DNA of 49,220 bases. Source: Octopus bimaculoides. Lineage: Eukaryota. Positions 20,781-32,127 of the stretch are shown here, piece after piece. Each line of letters starts with the position of its first letter. Positions within the stretch are counted from its first letter, which is position 1. Location: NCBI RefSeq assembly GCF_001194135.2, contig NC_069003.1:28934403-28983622 (forward strand), given 5' to 3'. A program made the position numbers and the translations under genes. The notes beneath the pieces were generated by a model, which saw only the letters and a list, made by a program, of their open reading frames with translations, had not been told where the DNA came from and searched no databases.

Positions 20781-23451
20781 TCTATCTCTATATATATATA
20801 AACCCATACATATATAAACCCATACATATATATATGGCTATATATATGGCTATATATATATATNNNNNNNNNNNNNNNNNNNNNNNNNNNNNNNNNNNNN
20901 NNNNNNNNNNNNNNNNNNNNNNNNNNNNNNNNNNNNNNNNNNNNNNNNNNNNNNNNNNNNNNNNNNNNNNNNNNNNNNNNNNNNNNNNNNNNNNNNNNNN
21001 NNNNNNNNNNNNNNNNNNNNNNNNNNNNNNNNNNNNNNNNNNNNNNNNNNNNNNNNNNNNNNNNNNNNNNNNNNNNNNNNNNNNNNNNNNNNNNNNNNNN
21101 NNNNNNNNNNNNNNNNNNNNNNNNNNNNNNNNNNNNNNNNNNNNNNNNNNNNNNNNNNNNNNNNNNNNNNNNNNNNNNNNNNNNNNNNNNNNNNNNNNNN
21201 NNNNNNNNNNNNNNNNNNNNNNNNNNNNNNNNNNNNNNNNNNNNNNNNNNNNNNNNNNNNNNNNNNNNNNNNNNNNNNNNNNNNNNNNNNNNNNNNNNNN
21301 NNNNNNNNNNNNNNNNNNNNNNNNNNNNNNNNNNNNNNNNNNNNNNNNNNNNNNNNNNNNNNNNNNNNNNNNNNNNNNNNNNNNNNNNNNNNNNNNNNNN
21401 NNNNNNNNNNNNNNNNNNNNNNNNNNNNNNNNNNNNNNNNNNNNNNNNNNNNNNNNNNNNNNNNNNNNNNNNNNNNNNNNNNNNNNNNNNNNNNNNNNNN
21501 NNNNNNNNNNNNNNNNNNNNNNNNNNNNNNNNNNNNNNNNNNNNNNNNNNNNNNNNNNNNNNNNNNNNNNNNNNNNNNNNNNNNNNNNNNNNNNNNNNNN
21601 NNNNNNNNNNNNNNNNNNNNNNNNNNNNNNNNNNNNNNNNNNNNNNNNNNNNNNNNNNNNNNNNNNNNNNNNATATATATATATATATATACATATGTCT
21701 GTGTGTGTGTGTGTTTCTGAGTGTGTGTATGTGTGGAAAATAAGATAAGCTGTTTTTCACTCACTGAAAATTTGATTGCATTTGGTAATATGAGCAATAT
21801 AAATTGTGGATCGTATCACCATTCATTTGTGAAAGTATATTTGAGAATGATTTTTTTCCGAAATTAATGTGAGATTTGTGTGTGAGAAATATTTATGATA
21901 TGGTAAATTGCAAAGCGATTTCGATAGCGAAATAATAAATTAGTTTATTTCAAAGAGATCTTCCTAAATAAATACAAATCAATATCAATGTTGAAATGTT
22001 ATAAGATACGATTCGTTTCGATGAATAAAATGTTGACAATCCTATAAAAGATATATTAAAGAAAATATAACCCTGTTAATAATGTACAACATGGAGAACA
22101 TTTATCGTTTTCGAAATGGCCTGCCGATAACATGCAAATTGACAGAGAGAAATGTTACACCCAGCGACATGAATACTAGATTCTACTCAACGAACATTAC
22201 TCAAAAAGTGTAAAGTTTACAAAAAATCCTATTATATCTCTCCTTATTGAACATATTATCATTATTCGGTTTTATTAGTTCGCAGGTTTCAATCATTTTA
22301 CGACGGCTATAATGGTTTTCGGATTCATGGCTTTTATACGACCGTATAGATTCCATTACCTATTTAACTTTATAACTTATATTATCGATTTTTTTTTTAC
22401 ATTAAATCGTGAATTTGCCTTTTTGATCCTCTGTTCTGAACAGATATGTGTATCCTCAACGTAATTCTGAAGTAGAATCAGCGTGGGGCACTGCCAGATC
22501 TTTATAATAGTTAAGGCATTTCCCAACATACCACACAATGGATTCAAACGAGGAAATCCATGAGTGCAGAGCAAAATTTTTAACCCTGTTAGCAATTCCT
22601 GACCCTCTATAAATTTATACAGACTATCCATATACTTTCCTCTCTCACTCTTTCTCCATCTTTCATTCAGCGCGTTTCCCTCCCACTAACACAAGAACAC
22701 ACACACAAATCACACGCAAAAACACACACATACGCGCACATAAATATCTAATATATACAAAATAGATCTTAGTGTGTATTCGCTTTTCACACGAAAACGG
22801 CTGCACGATTTGATTCCATACTTGGGATGCATGAATATATATCACATTGGAGATATAATAAGGTCATCATTTTATTTGTATATAAATAAAATTAATAATA
22901 TTGCTTCATATATAGGATTAAATCATAAAATTTTTTTTCTAAATATCAACTTCCCGTACTGATATAGCAACTGCAGTTAGTTGGATACACACGTGTATGA
23001 CTGACGTAGCGACTATGGGTAGCTACACACACATGTACGCATAAAGCCGTTGCTGAATATTTACATTTTAACCGCTTCTATTTGATTTCAGTCGTATTGT
23101 CTTTTTGGTTCCTGCGGAAAATTCATGAACGGTACAGCTTACTATACATTTTAACTCTTCACGTTCCTCATAGAAACATTATCCTCTTATATGCCTATAT
23201 ATATANNNNNNNNNNNNNNNNNNNNNNNNNNNNNNNNNNNNNNNNNNNNNNNNNNNNNNNNNNNNNNNNNNNNNNNNNNNNNNNNNNNNNNNNNNNNNNN
23301 NNNNNNNNNNNNNNNNNNNNNNNNNNNNNNNNNNNNNNNNNNNNNNNNNNNNNNNNNNNNNNNNNNNNNNNNNNNNNNNNNNNNNNNNNNNNNNNNNNNN
23401 NNNNNNNNNNNNNNNNNNNNNNNNNNNNNNNNNNNNNNNNNNNNNNNNNNN

Positions 23452-23489
<38 letters not shown>

Positions 23490-23493
<4 letters not shown>

Positions 23494-23789
23494 ACCCTCA
23501 GGCTGACCATACACTTTTGAGTGGATTTCGTACAGGGAAACTGAAAGAAGACTGTCATATATATGTGTATAATTGCATGTGTGTGTGCGTGTATATGTGT
23601 GTTTATTCGTACACCCACCATCGCTTGACAACTGATGTTGCTGTGTTTACATCCACGTAATTAAGCAGTTCTACAAAAGACACCGATAGCTTACAATCAA
23701 TAAATCCTGGGGTCGATTGTTGTCGACTAAAAGCGGTGTTCCACCATGAACTCAGACACATGACTGAAGCAAGTAAAGCAATAAAAGAA
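23490..23789 (+). mobile_element. SINE family B, 5'-truncated, with intact 3' tail
   Basis: GAGTGGATTTCGTACAGGGAAACTGAAAGAAGAC...CCATCGCTTGACAACTGATG...CCTGGGGTCGATTG...AAAGCGGTGTTCCACCATG...ATGACTGAAGCAAGTAAAG. Confidence 0.85.
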
Positions 23790-24310
23790 TCCTTGCCATT
23801 TTAATCCCGAACAACGCCGGGTATTTCTGTTACTCTGAAATAAATTATGCAAATATCTATCGAAGCTTCTAATGAGTCAACTTGTGAAATAAAATGTTGC
23901 CTCCATCCTCTTTCGCAATGAAGAAATATAAGTTCGTGGGTGGACTGGAAATGAACTATTATTTTATATTTGTTTACAAAACTGTTAAAAATATTGTTAT
24001 ATGGAATGATGTTAGCTCAATTATTTTTTACGAGAAGCTATTTTAAGATATAATTATTCCAATACAGTTAAATACATTTCGAATTAATGTACAATATAAT
24101 TATATAAAACGGCAGGATGCTTTTTTTCAACAATAATTGCTTCCAGTGTATTTAATATCAAATTCAATTACACACAGTAACACATATTTGGGATTATTCT
24201 TTTATTGCTCTAATAGTGGCAGCTCGATGGATGCGGCCATACTGGAGGCATGACTGTGAAATTAATTGAACGTTATTTTCTGATCGAGTGAGTAGGGATA
24301 TATTATACAT

Positions 24311-24491
24311 ACATACTTTCATACATACATACATACATACATACATACATACATACATACATACATAAACACATACCTCAACACACGCACATTCATACAC
24401 ACACAATCTCACTCTGTCTTTCTCTCCCTCTCTCCCTCTCACACACATATATATTCATCGATCCATCTATCTATCTATCTATCTATCTATC

Positions 24492-24535
<44 letters not shown>
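24311..24535. repeat. (TACA)n, (TC)n and head-to-head (CTAT)n/(GATA)n microsatellites
   Basis: Direct reading; perfect spacerless palindrome 24465-24518 centred on ATCGAT. Confidence 0.95.
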
Positions 24536-24536
<1 letters not shown>

Positions 24537-24792
24537 CTGAATCCCCAATAATACTGACATGACTCCTGAGAAAATTACCTGTCTCTTTACTCCACTGCAG
24601 GAAACATACCTCTGCAGGTTAGGCGTTGTAGACTGCGAGAGAGATGGTAGCATTTCTAAAGATGTGTTGTATGGGGGCCTGGCTTCTGCCAAAGGAATAC
24701 AGCAGTGTCCTCAATTATATTCTAAAGACGTTTACAAAAGCATAATACCTCTTTATGCCAGTGGTTTTCAGCTGTCTATTGGACTATTGTAG
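24536..24792 (+). mobile_element. RTE-clade LINE ORF2 C-terminal remnant
   Basis: LFTPLQETYLCRLGVVDCERDGSISKDVLYGGLASAKGIQQCPQLYSKDVYK resembles the RTE/BovB tail LRWLGHVxRMxDGRIPKDxLYGELAxGKRxxGRPQLRYKDVCK. Confidence 0.7.
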
Positions 24793-25256
24793 ATGCTTAC
24801 AAGGACTTTACCCATACATTTATGTGCAATAAATTCGACCGACCTAGGCAATACACAAGATATTTAAACCATTTTATACACAATAAATAATTATAATAAT
24901 ATATGTAATGGTTATAGGTCCATATGAATAAAATAGGAACCAAAGGTTACGAGAATATACTCTGGGTGGACGTTGATAATAATAGTGGAGTTATGCACCT
25001 GGCGATCGCTGTCGCCAGATTCTGTAAGTAGACGAATTTTAAAAATTACAAGAGCTGCGGCTGAAGAAAGATCAAGGCATAAAACAGCACCAGGAGAAAA
25101 TAAGCGAAAAGCACATTACAGTACAGTAATTGTACTTATGGGGATTATCACACGTGCGTGGATCTTTATCGTGATATTAGACACTTCACTGTCAAAAATA
25201 GCGAATCATATCTCACAAGGTGCAGAATCATGGTCTCACGATGTTAACGTGTGCTT

Positions 25257-25297
25257 ACACACACACACACACACACGTGCGCACACACATACACACA

Positions 25298-25330
<33 letters not shown>

Positions 25331-25768
25331 GCACGCACAAACACACAATCATAAGCACGTGCGCGCGCAAATGCATAAAAATTACAAAACACTTCGATTT
25401 TGTATAATAGCGAACCGTATTCTTTTAGAAACACATCCGGCAGTAAATATTCATATTGTGTTACGATTTGTACAAATATTTATTTAGGGAAGTGTGTTAA
25501 TACAAATATAATGAATGATGCTAATGTTAATGTTAACATATAATCGTCATAGTAACAATCAAGACTGGTAATAGAGGTGATGGTGATGGCAAACGGAAAT
25601 AAATAGAACATCAAAAGAATTAGGTCACAATCAAAGTAGCATACAAGTACATGTGTGTATGAGTCTATGTCTGTGTGCTATTTGTGTGTGTTTATGTGGA
25701 TATGTACGCGTGTCTGTGAGAATTTGTGTGTGTGAATGTTTGTTTGCTTCTGTATGTGAGTGTGTTTG

Positions 25769-25804
<36 letters not shown>
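25257..25804. repeat. (CA)n tract (25257-25345) and oppositely oriented (TG)-rich tract (about 25630-25804)
   Basis: Direct reading. Confidence 0.85.
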
Positions 25805-25805
<1 letters not shown>

Positions 25806-26037
25806 TTACTGTGCTATTAACTCGGTGAGCCCCAAATGAGATATGTTTGTTTTGAAGATTGTTTGTGGCTGCAAAACTACTATAGTTCTCCTCATGTATG
25901 CAGGGTGAGAGAAGTAACTGAGGACGTATTTGTTAACTAAAGAACACAGCTCTAATCTAGCAAAAAAAAAAAAAAAGAAAGGAAATGTATTTTTATAGAA
26001 ATTCGTACATATTTTCTTTATAAACTTTCTAATAGGA

Positions 26038-26710
26038 TTATTCTAATCCACGTTCAGCTTCGATGGCTGTCTAAAAATGCAGATATGGAGTTTTTGAAAA
26101 GCCAGCATGTGACATTCTAAATGTACCTTATTCATTTTGAACGTCACCTGCAAAATGGCTGCCGTAAGTGAAGCTATTATATTGTAACACTGTTGATTTG
26201 TATCTTTCTCAATAATGTTCTAAACGTACTAGTCCATCAGCGTTTGGAGACCACTAATTTGGTGTCACATGACAGGAAAGATTCTTTGACTTTACATCCT
26301 TGAGCTACGTGGACTTGTTGATTGTTGTGTGGCCTTCCACTGCTTACCTTATCCATCCAGGGTGTCTCCAGCACCTCTCCATATACAGGAAATTTAATTT
26401 TAATATATAAAGTGGCACATGACTTGGTTTACTCACCACTCTTAAAACCATCACAGTTGATTGAAACTTAATGTGTAGTCATTACAAGAATTAGCACATA
26501 ATCATCTGTTATTTCTTCTGTAAGACTTTTGGTTTTAGTCGAAATTTTTCTCATCAGAGAATAACTGAAGTATGCTTGTTCACCAGTCTCTTTTGCCCAG
26601 TTAAGCAAGTGCTTGGCAACGTTTAAACGTTTTTCCTGTGCCTTTGTAACCTTGTGTGACATATAGACCTATTATTAAATGTTGTCCTGCACCACCGTGT
26701 TGACAGTCCA
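26038..26710 (-). mobile_element. Decayed maT/DD37D-type (Tc1/mariner superfamily) transposase remnant
   Basis: Across frameshifts: KRLNVAKHLLNW..LFSDEKNFD*NQKSYRRNNR*LCA..EVLETPWMDKVSSGRP..QQ..VTPN*WSPN..IIEKDTNQQCYNIIASLTAAILQV..AIEAERGLE* (stop at 26038-40), matching recalled maT motifs FSDEKNFD, WPPxSPDL and AIIEAEGGFIE. Confidence 0.8.
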
Positions 26711-26764
26711 CAATTACACCTGAAGTTCTTGGTGAGGTCCCGGGATCATAATCGGTAATAATTC

Positions 26765-26843
26765 GAACCCCGCGAAAATTGAACTCAGAACGTAAAGACC
26801 GACGAAATTTACTCGGCGTCCTAATTATTCTGCCAGCTCGCCT
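26765..26843 (-). mobile_element. CORE-type SINE family A head fragment
   Basis: AATTGAACTCAGAACGTAAAGACCGACGAAAT...TTCTGCCAGCTCGCC. Confidence 0.75.
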
Positions 26844-27855
26844 CACTACAATGCATAATGATATTAATATTTGTTATGTTTTTTCACGCTGAGTTGCTGA
26901 GCGAATTTCTTGATTGTGTCACATTCTAAAGTATAGGACAACAGTCTTTGGAGTAGAGCAAAACTGAAATTACAACGAAAAGAATATAAATCGTTATATA
27001 TGTTAACGTTGACTCAAAAATTAGACAAAACGTCTATTAATTATTGGTCGATTCATTGATACTGTGTGCTGACACAGTAACACATATGTATGTCTAATTC
27101 AAATCAGATCATATTCCTATTCTTTTCGTTCTAATCTTTCCTACTGAATGTAGATTTTCCTTCGGGAAAAGTTTTTTTTTTTCCTACGTCTTTTTATACT
27201 TAATTTTCAATGCAATAGTCGTTGAAACATTTATCGCTATTAGAACACGACAAAAATCTATCGATTTGTTCGATTCATATTTACAATTGTATGCTTCATA
27301 AAATTATTTACATCATTTGTTCGACCTCATAGTACATTGTGTTTAAGCGTATGGTTATTTTTATTCTCTCTCTCTCTCTCTCTCCTCTCTTTCTGTCACT
27401 CTCGCTCTTTATCCAGACTTTACAATGTACAATTGTATGTTAGTTTCATTTCACTGCGTTGCTTTCAGTCACGTGTTCCGGTCTATTTATGTGTGACAAC
27501 TATGAAGAATGAGAAAAACACACACACACACACACACACACGCGCGCACAAAATATCACATAAAATATATTTTAGCACAATGAGAAATCCAGTTCTATTT
27601 ATGATCATTTCTCTGGAAATGCAGCAAAATAAATGGAAGCATACAGGCGTAAGTAAGGTTGTGTGGCGAAGAGGTGCTATGCATAAGCGTATAACACTGA
27701 GTTCAATCATGCTACAGACTGACACGTTCCGTAAGTTGACACTAAGTAGTCATTTAGTGTAACTATGTATTGAGCTATGCCTAGAGATGAATTGGTAGAT
27801 GTTAATTACACCAAAGCTTGCTGTACACACATACCCACACAGATATTCTTTTATA

Positions 27856-28058
27856 CTTTTATTACTTTATTTATTTCATTCATTTGAATGCTGTCATGCT
27901 GGAGCACCTTAATCGAACAAATCGACCGCAGGACTTATTGTTTGTAAGCCTTGTAGTTATTCTATCGGTCTCGTTTGCCGAACCACTATGTTGCGGAGAC
28001 TTAAACACACCAACATCGGTTGTCAAGTGATAGTGGGGGTACAAACACAGACACACAA

Positions 28059-28105
<47 letters not shown>

Positions 28106-28406
28106 NNNNNNNNNNNNNNNNNNNNNNNNNNNNNNNNNNNNNNNNNNNNNNNNNNNNNNNNNNNNNNNNNNNNNNNNNNNNNNNNNNNNNNNNNNNNNNN
28201 NNNNNNNNNNNNNNNNNNNNNNNNNNNNNNNNNNNNNNNNNATATATATATATATATATATATATACGATGGGTTTTTTTTCAGTTTCCATTCACCAAAT
28301 TCACTCACAGGGCTGGAGGCTATAGTAGAAGACACTTGCCCAAGGTGACACACAGTGGAACTGAACACGGAACTAAGCTTCTTACCACACAGCCACGCCT
28401 GCGCCT
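27856..28406 (-). mobile_element. Near full-length SINE family B copy with internal (TA)n/(TG)n and gap 28106-28240
   Basis: Minus-strand head TAGGCGCAGGCGTGGCTGTGTGGTAAGAAG through CTTGGGCAAGTGTCTTCTACTATAGCC to tail GGTGCTCCAGCATGACAGC. Confidence 0.85.
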
Positions 28407-29098
28407 AATGATTTTAATATGATATTTTTCTTTTGTGCGTGTGCATATTACTATCTGCGTTTCTACTTCGCGGAGCATCGCCTCCTGCTATTCATATATC
28501 AAACGTAACGCAGCAATTCGATAAACGTTTTCAATAAAATAATTACTTGAAAGATCTGCCTTAGCGTGACAGGAACCAAACAACTGAAATCAGCAAAAAT
28601 ATATGAATAAAGCATAAATATCATAAAATACATTTAAAAAAAAAACAAACAGAAATTGCAGGTGAACATTATTTTAATTGTATCTTCTCATTTTATGAAG
28701 AGGCCGTGTTTCTTTTTCATTTACTTTGTATCGTACAAAGTTGTATTCTTGTACAACTAGAAGTCAACGTTTCACATATTTAACGCATCAAGTTCGGAAT
28801 TTATTGCATTATTGTACATCTTATAATTCACTTTAATATTCGTGTTTCAATTTATTATTTTGCGCATACCAACATGCGAGCACGCACGCACACACACTCA
28901 TACGATTGCACGTACGCACGCACACCCGCATATACACACAGAAATGTTTTCTGCACGTTTATAAAATTAATGTTTTGTAATAGCACTATTTTCCGAGTGG
29001 GTACTTTCTCTCTTACATGTATGAATTGATTGTTGGACATATGTAATTTGATTTTCCTGTTGAAAGTATTCGTTTAATTTTATTTCTGCGGTCGATCG

Positions 29099-29129
<31 letters not shown>

Positions 29130-29779
29130 NNNNNNNNNNNNNNNNNNNNNNNNNNNNNNNNNNNNNNNNNNNNNNNNNNNNNNNNNNNNNNNNNNNNNNN
29201 NNNNNNNNNNNNNNNNNNNNNNNNNNNNNNNNNNNNNNNNNNNNNNNNNNNNNNNNNNNNNNNNNNNNNNNNNNNNNNNNNNNNNNNNNNNNNNNNNNNN
29301 NNNNNNNNNNNNNNNNNNNNNNNNNNNNNNNNNNNNNNNNNNNNNNNNNNNNNNNNNNNNNNNNNNNNNNNNNNNNNNNNNNNNNNNNNNNNNNNNNNNN
29401 NNNNNNNNNNNNNNNNNNNNNNNNNNNNNNNNNNNNNNNNNNNNNNNNNNNNNNNNNNNNNNNNNNNNNNNNNNNNNNNNNNNNNNNNNNNNNNNNNNNN
29501 NNNNNNNNNNNNNNNNNNNNNNNNNNNNNNNNNNNNNNNNNNNNNNNNNNNNNNNNNNNNNNNNNNNNNNNNNNNNNNNNNNNNNNNNNNNNNNNNNNNN
29601 NNNNNNNNNNNNNNNNNNNNNNNNNNNNNNNNNNNNNNNNNNNNNNNNNNNNNNNNNNNNNNNNNNNNNNNNNNNNNNNNNNNNNNNNNNNNNNNNNNNN
29701 NNNNNNNNNNNNNNNNNNNNNNNNNNNNNNNNNNNNNNNNNNNNNNNNNNNNNNNNNNNNNNNNNNNNNNNNNNNNNNN

Positions 29780-29914
29780 CGGCGGGCTTATTTCTGTTTC
29801 CGTCTATTAAATCTACTCACAAGGCTTTGGTCGGCCCGAGGCTATTGTAGAAGACACTTGCCCGATATGCCACGCATTGGGACTGAATCGGGAGCCGTGT
29901 GGTTGGGAAAACTT
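29780..29914 (-). mobile_element. SINE family B 5' part, cut off by gap 29130-29779
   Basis: TTTCCGTCTATTAAATCTACTCACAAGGCTTTGGTCGGCCCGAGGCTATTGTAGAAGACACTTGCCC...GGGACTGAATCGGGAGCCGTGTGGTTGGG. Confidence 0.85.
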
Positions 29915-32029
29915 GCAATGTTGTGACGTGTATTTATAAAACATAACAGCAATATAACCTCCATTTTTGTATCATATATCAATGCCCTCCTTTCTGAATC
30001 AACCATAGCCATCGTTTGATGTATATCATTCCTTTCAAGATTTGCGGTGTTTTATCGATAACCCCGAATGAGAGACAATGTTTATGCAAAAGGTGACGTA
30101 TGCGAACGTATTCATTGCCTATTTCTAATCCCAAAATTTGTACGTCAACAAAACTGCATCACTAAAGATTTGCAGACAGGCACTCTACTGGTGCGAAGCA
30201 AATGCGATTGATATATTACTGAAAGTAAACTCTACCTGGTGCTGTGTATATTCAATTGTACGTAGTCGATACGCAAGGTGGTGCAAAACGATGGGCTCTT
30301 CGAGACATATATAACTCTTGTGTATTATATTGCTGTAACCAGCAGTATTTTCCCTCTCTGAGAGATGTCTTTTTCGTGACGAATAAAACCGAGAAACACG
30401 GTTTGTGATTGTTCAATTTCGAACGAATAAACATACTCTATAACAACTATTGTAATCAGAACGCTATTCCGATTTATCAGTTCTATGTGGTGGCCCTCAC
30501 TAAGTAGTTTAGTGAAATATTCAAAATCAATAGTGGAGACAGGTTTTCATCCTTTAATCGCAAAGTATCGCTGTTTGGAAGTTACAAATCATTCATCTAT
30601 TTGAAGCGAACTAATGTAAAATAAAGTTGCATGTAATGATATTGTCCATTTCCGCAAAGAAATTGTATTATCGTATCAGAAGAGCAGTACTGAAAATGTA
30701 AACATTTTTAACACAATCAGAAAATTGAACGTTAATGGTATCTCTCAGAGAAGCATCAATGTCATCTGTGATGTTTACAGCCCTTTATTACAAATGGATT
30801 ATATCCACAGAAACCTATAATGATCCGCTATCATTGAATTTCTAAATGTATATAAGAGTTAATTCTATACATCATAGGTAGTTTGCTCCTCCCATGTACT
30901 GGAATGGCCACCAGCGATTTCAAGTTGACTATATTATAGCGAGAATATCGTTGCTGGAGCCCGAAGAACTTGACTTACTAATCAACTTTTCTCGGGGCTA
31001 TGCTACGTAATATATTATATAATATTTGTTCTTCTTACTGTGGTGGCTGCGAAAGCTTCAGACGAAATGGAAATGCTAATGATGTTTAATGATGCGTAAA
31101 CTGTAGCTAAGTTTGGGCAAACTACAAGGAAACTGCAAACTTATTTGGTTGACAACTGTGAAGGATGTCAGTATTTTTGGTAAAAGTAAAAAAAATAGAA
31201 AAAAATCAGTTATAGACTTATGGTGAAAATAAACTTGATAGTTAGAGGAGGAAGTAAATACAACAACAGAAAAAGAAAGAAAAACCCGATATATAATTCT
31301 AAAATAGCCTGAAACTATATTTTGTTACACGTTAACAGAAAAAAAAAGGCATTTTAGCTTTTAGTTTTTGATTCGTTTGAAATAACAAGAGAAAATTTAT
31401 ACAAAAATCAATATTTTATCGGCTAATTTGTGTTATTTTGTGTCTATGCAAAATATTTTCAATTTTTACCAATGTTGTGCAAAGTCTGTGTTGTTTTTCA
31501 AATAATCGAGACAGGAAAAAACATCTAATAATGGGAAACCATCAGATAACTCATGGTGAGGATTGAAATAGCGTCAGAAGACGGTGATGTTGCTTGATAT
31601 TTTTATTCATCTGTAGTGTTCTTAGTCAGGTTCAAGTTCTATGCAGAGTTGTTTCAGACCTTTTTCATTCACTGCATGGGAATACACTTTCAGAATACTT
31701 TGTTGCTTTTGCGTAGTGGTATTTTGAATAATGTACACTTTCTCTCATATCATTTAATCTCATAATATCGAAAAAAAAGTTCTTATAGCACTTACGATAA
31801 CATGAATGACTATTTCAGTTAAATACCATACTTATGATGGATGATAAGTGTGCTGTAAGGAAACATTTTGAAGTTTAATAAACAGATACTATCATTTACC
31901 TTTAGCTTTATACAGCAGTCAGTTTATATAATTCCAACGTTTTGAAATATTTTGGAGATAAAAGAGATTATACTTTCTTTATATCGATTTCTTGGATATC
32001 ATCTGCTTGTCTTATTAAAATTGTTTTTC

Positions 32030-32127
32030 AGGTGGTAAGCTTGGTAGAAAAAATAAGTACCAGTCAAGTACTGGGGTCGAAGTAATTAAATTACCCAACT
32101 CTCCAAAATTTCAGACCTTATGCTAAT
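32030..32127 (+). mobile_element. CORE-type SINE family A, internally deleted
   Basis: AGGTGGTAAGCTTGGTAGAA joined to ATAAGTACCAGTCAAGTACTGGGGTCGAAGTAAT...CTCCAAAATTTCAGACCTTATGCT. Confidence 0.7.

Noticed and set aside
23806-23834. Helitron-like 3' end (CCCG-loop-CGGG hairpin)
   Set aside because: The stem is only 4 bp, the terminal CTRR is absent (GTTACT), and no 5' end is identifiable.
30904-30916. TGGCCACCAGCG as a second CTCF site (and GGCCACCCAAATGGC near 42424)
   Set aside because: Only half of the core matches, or a gap is required.
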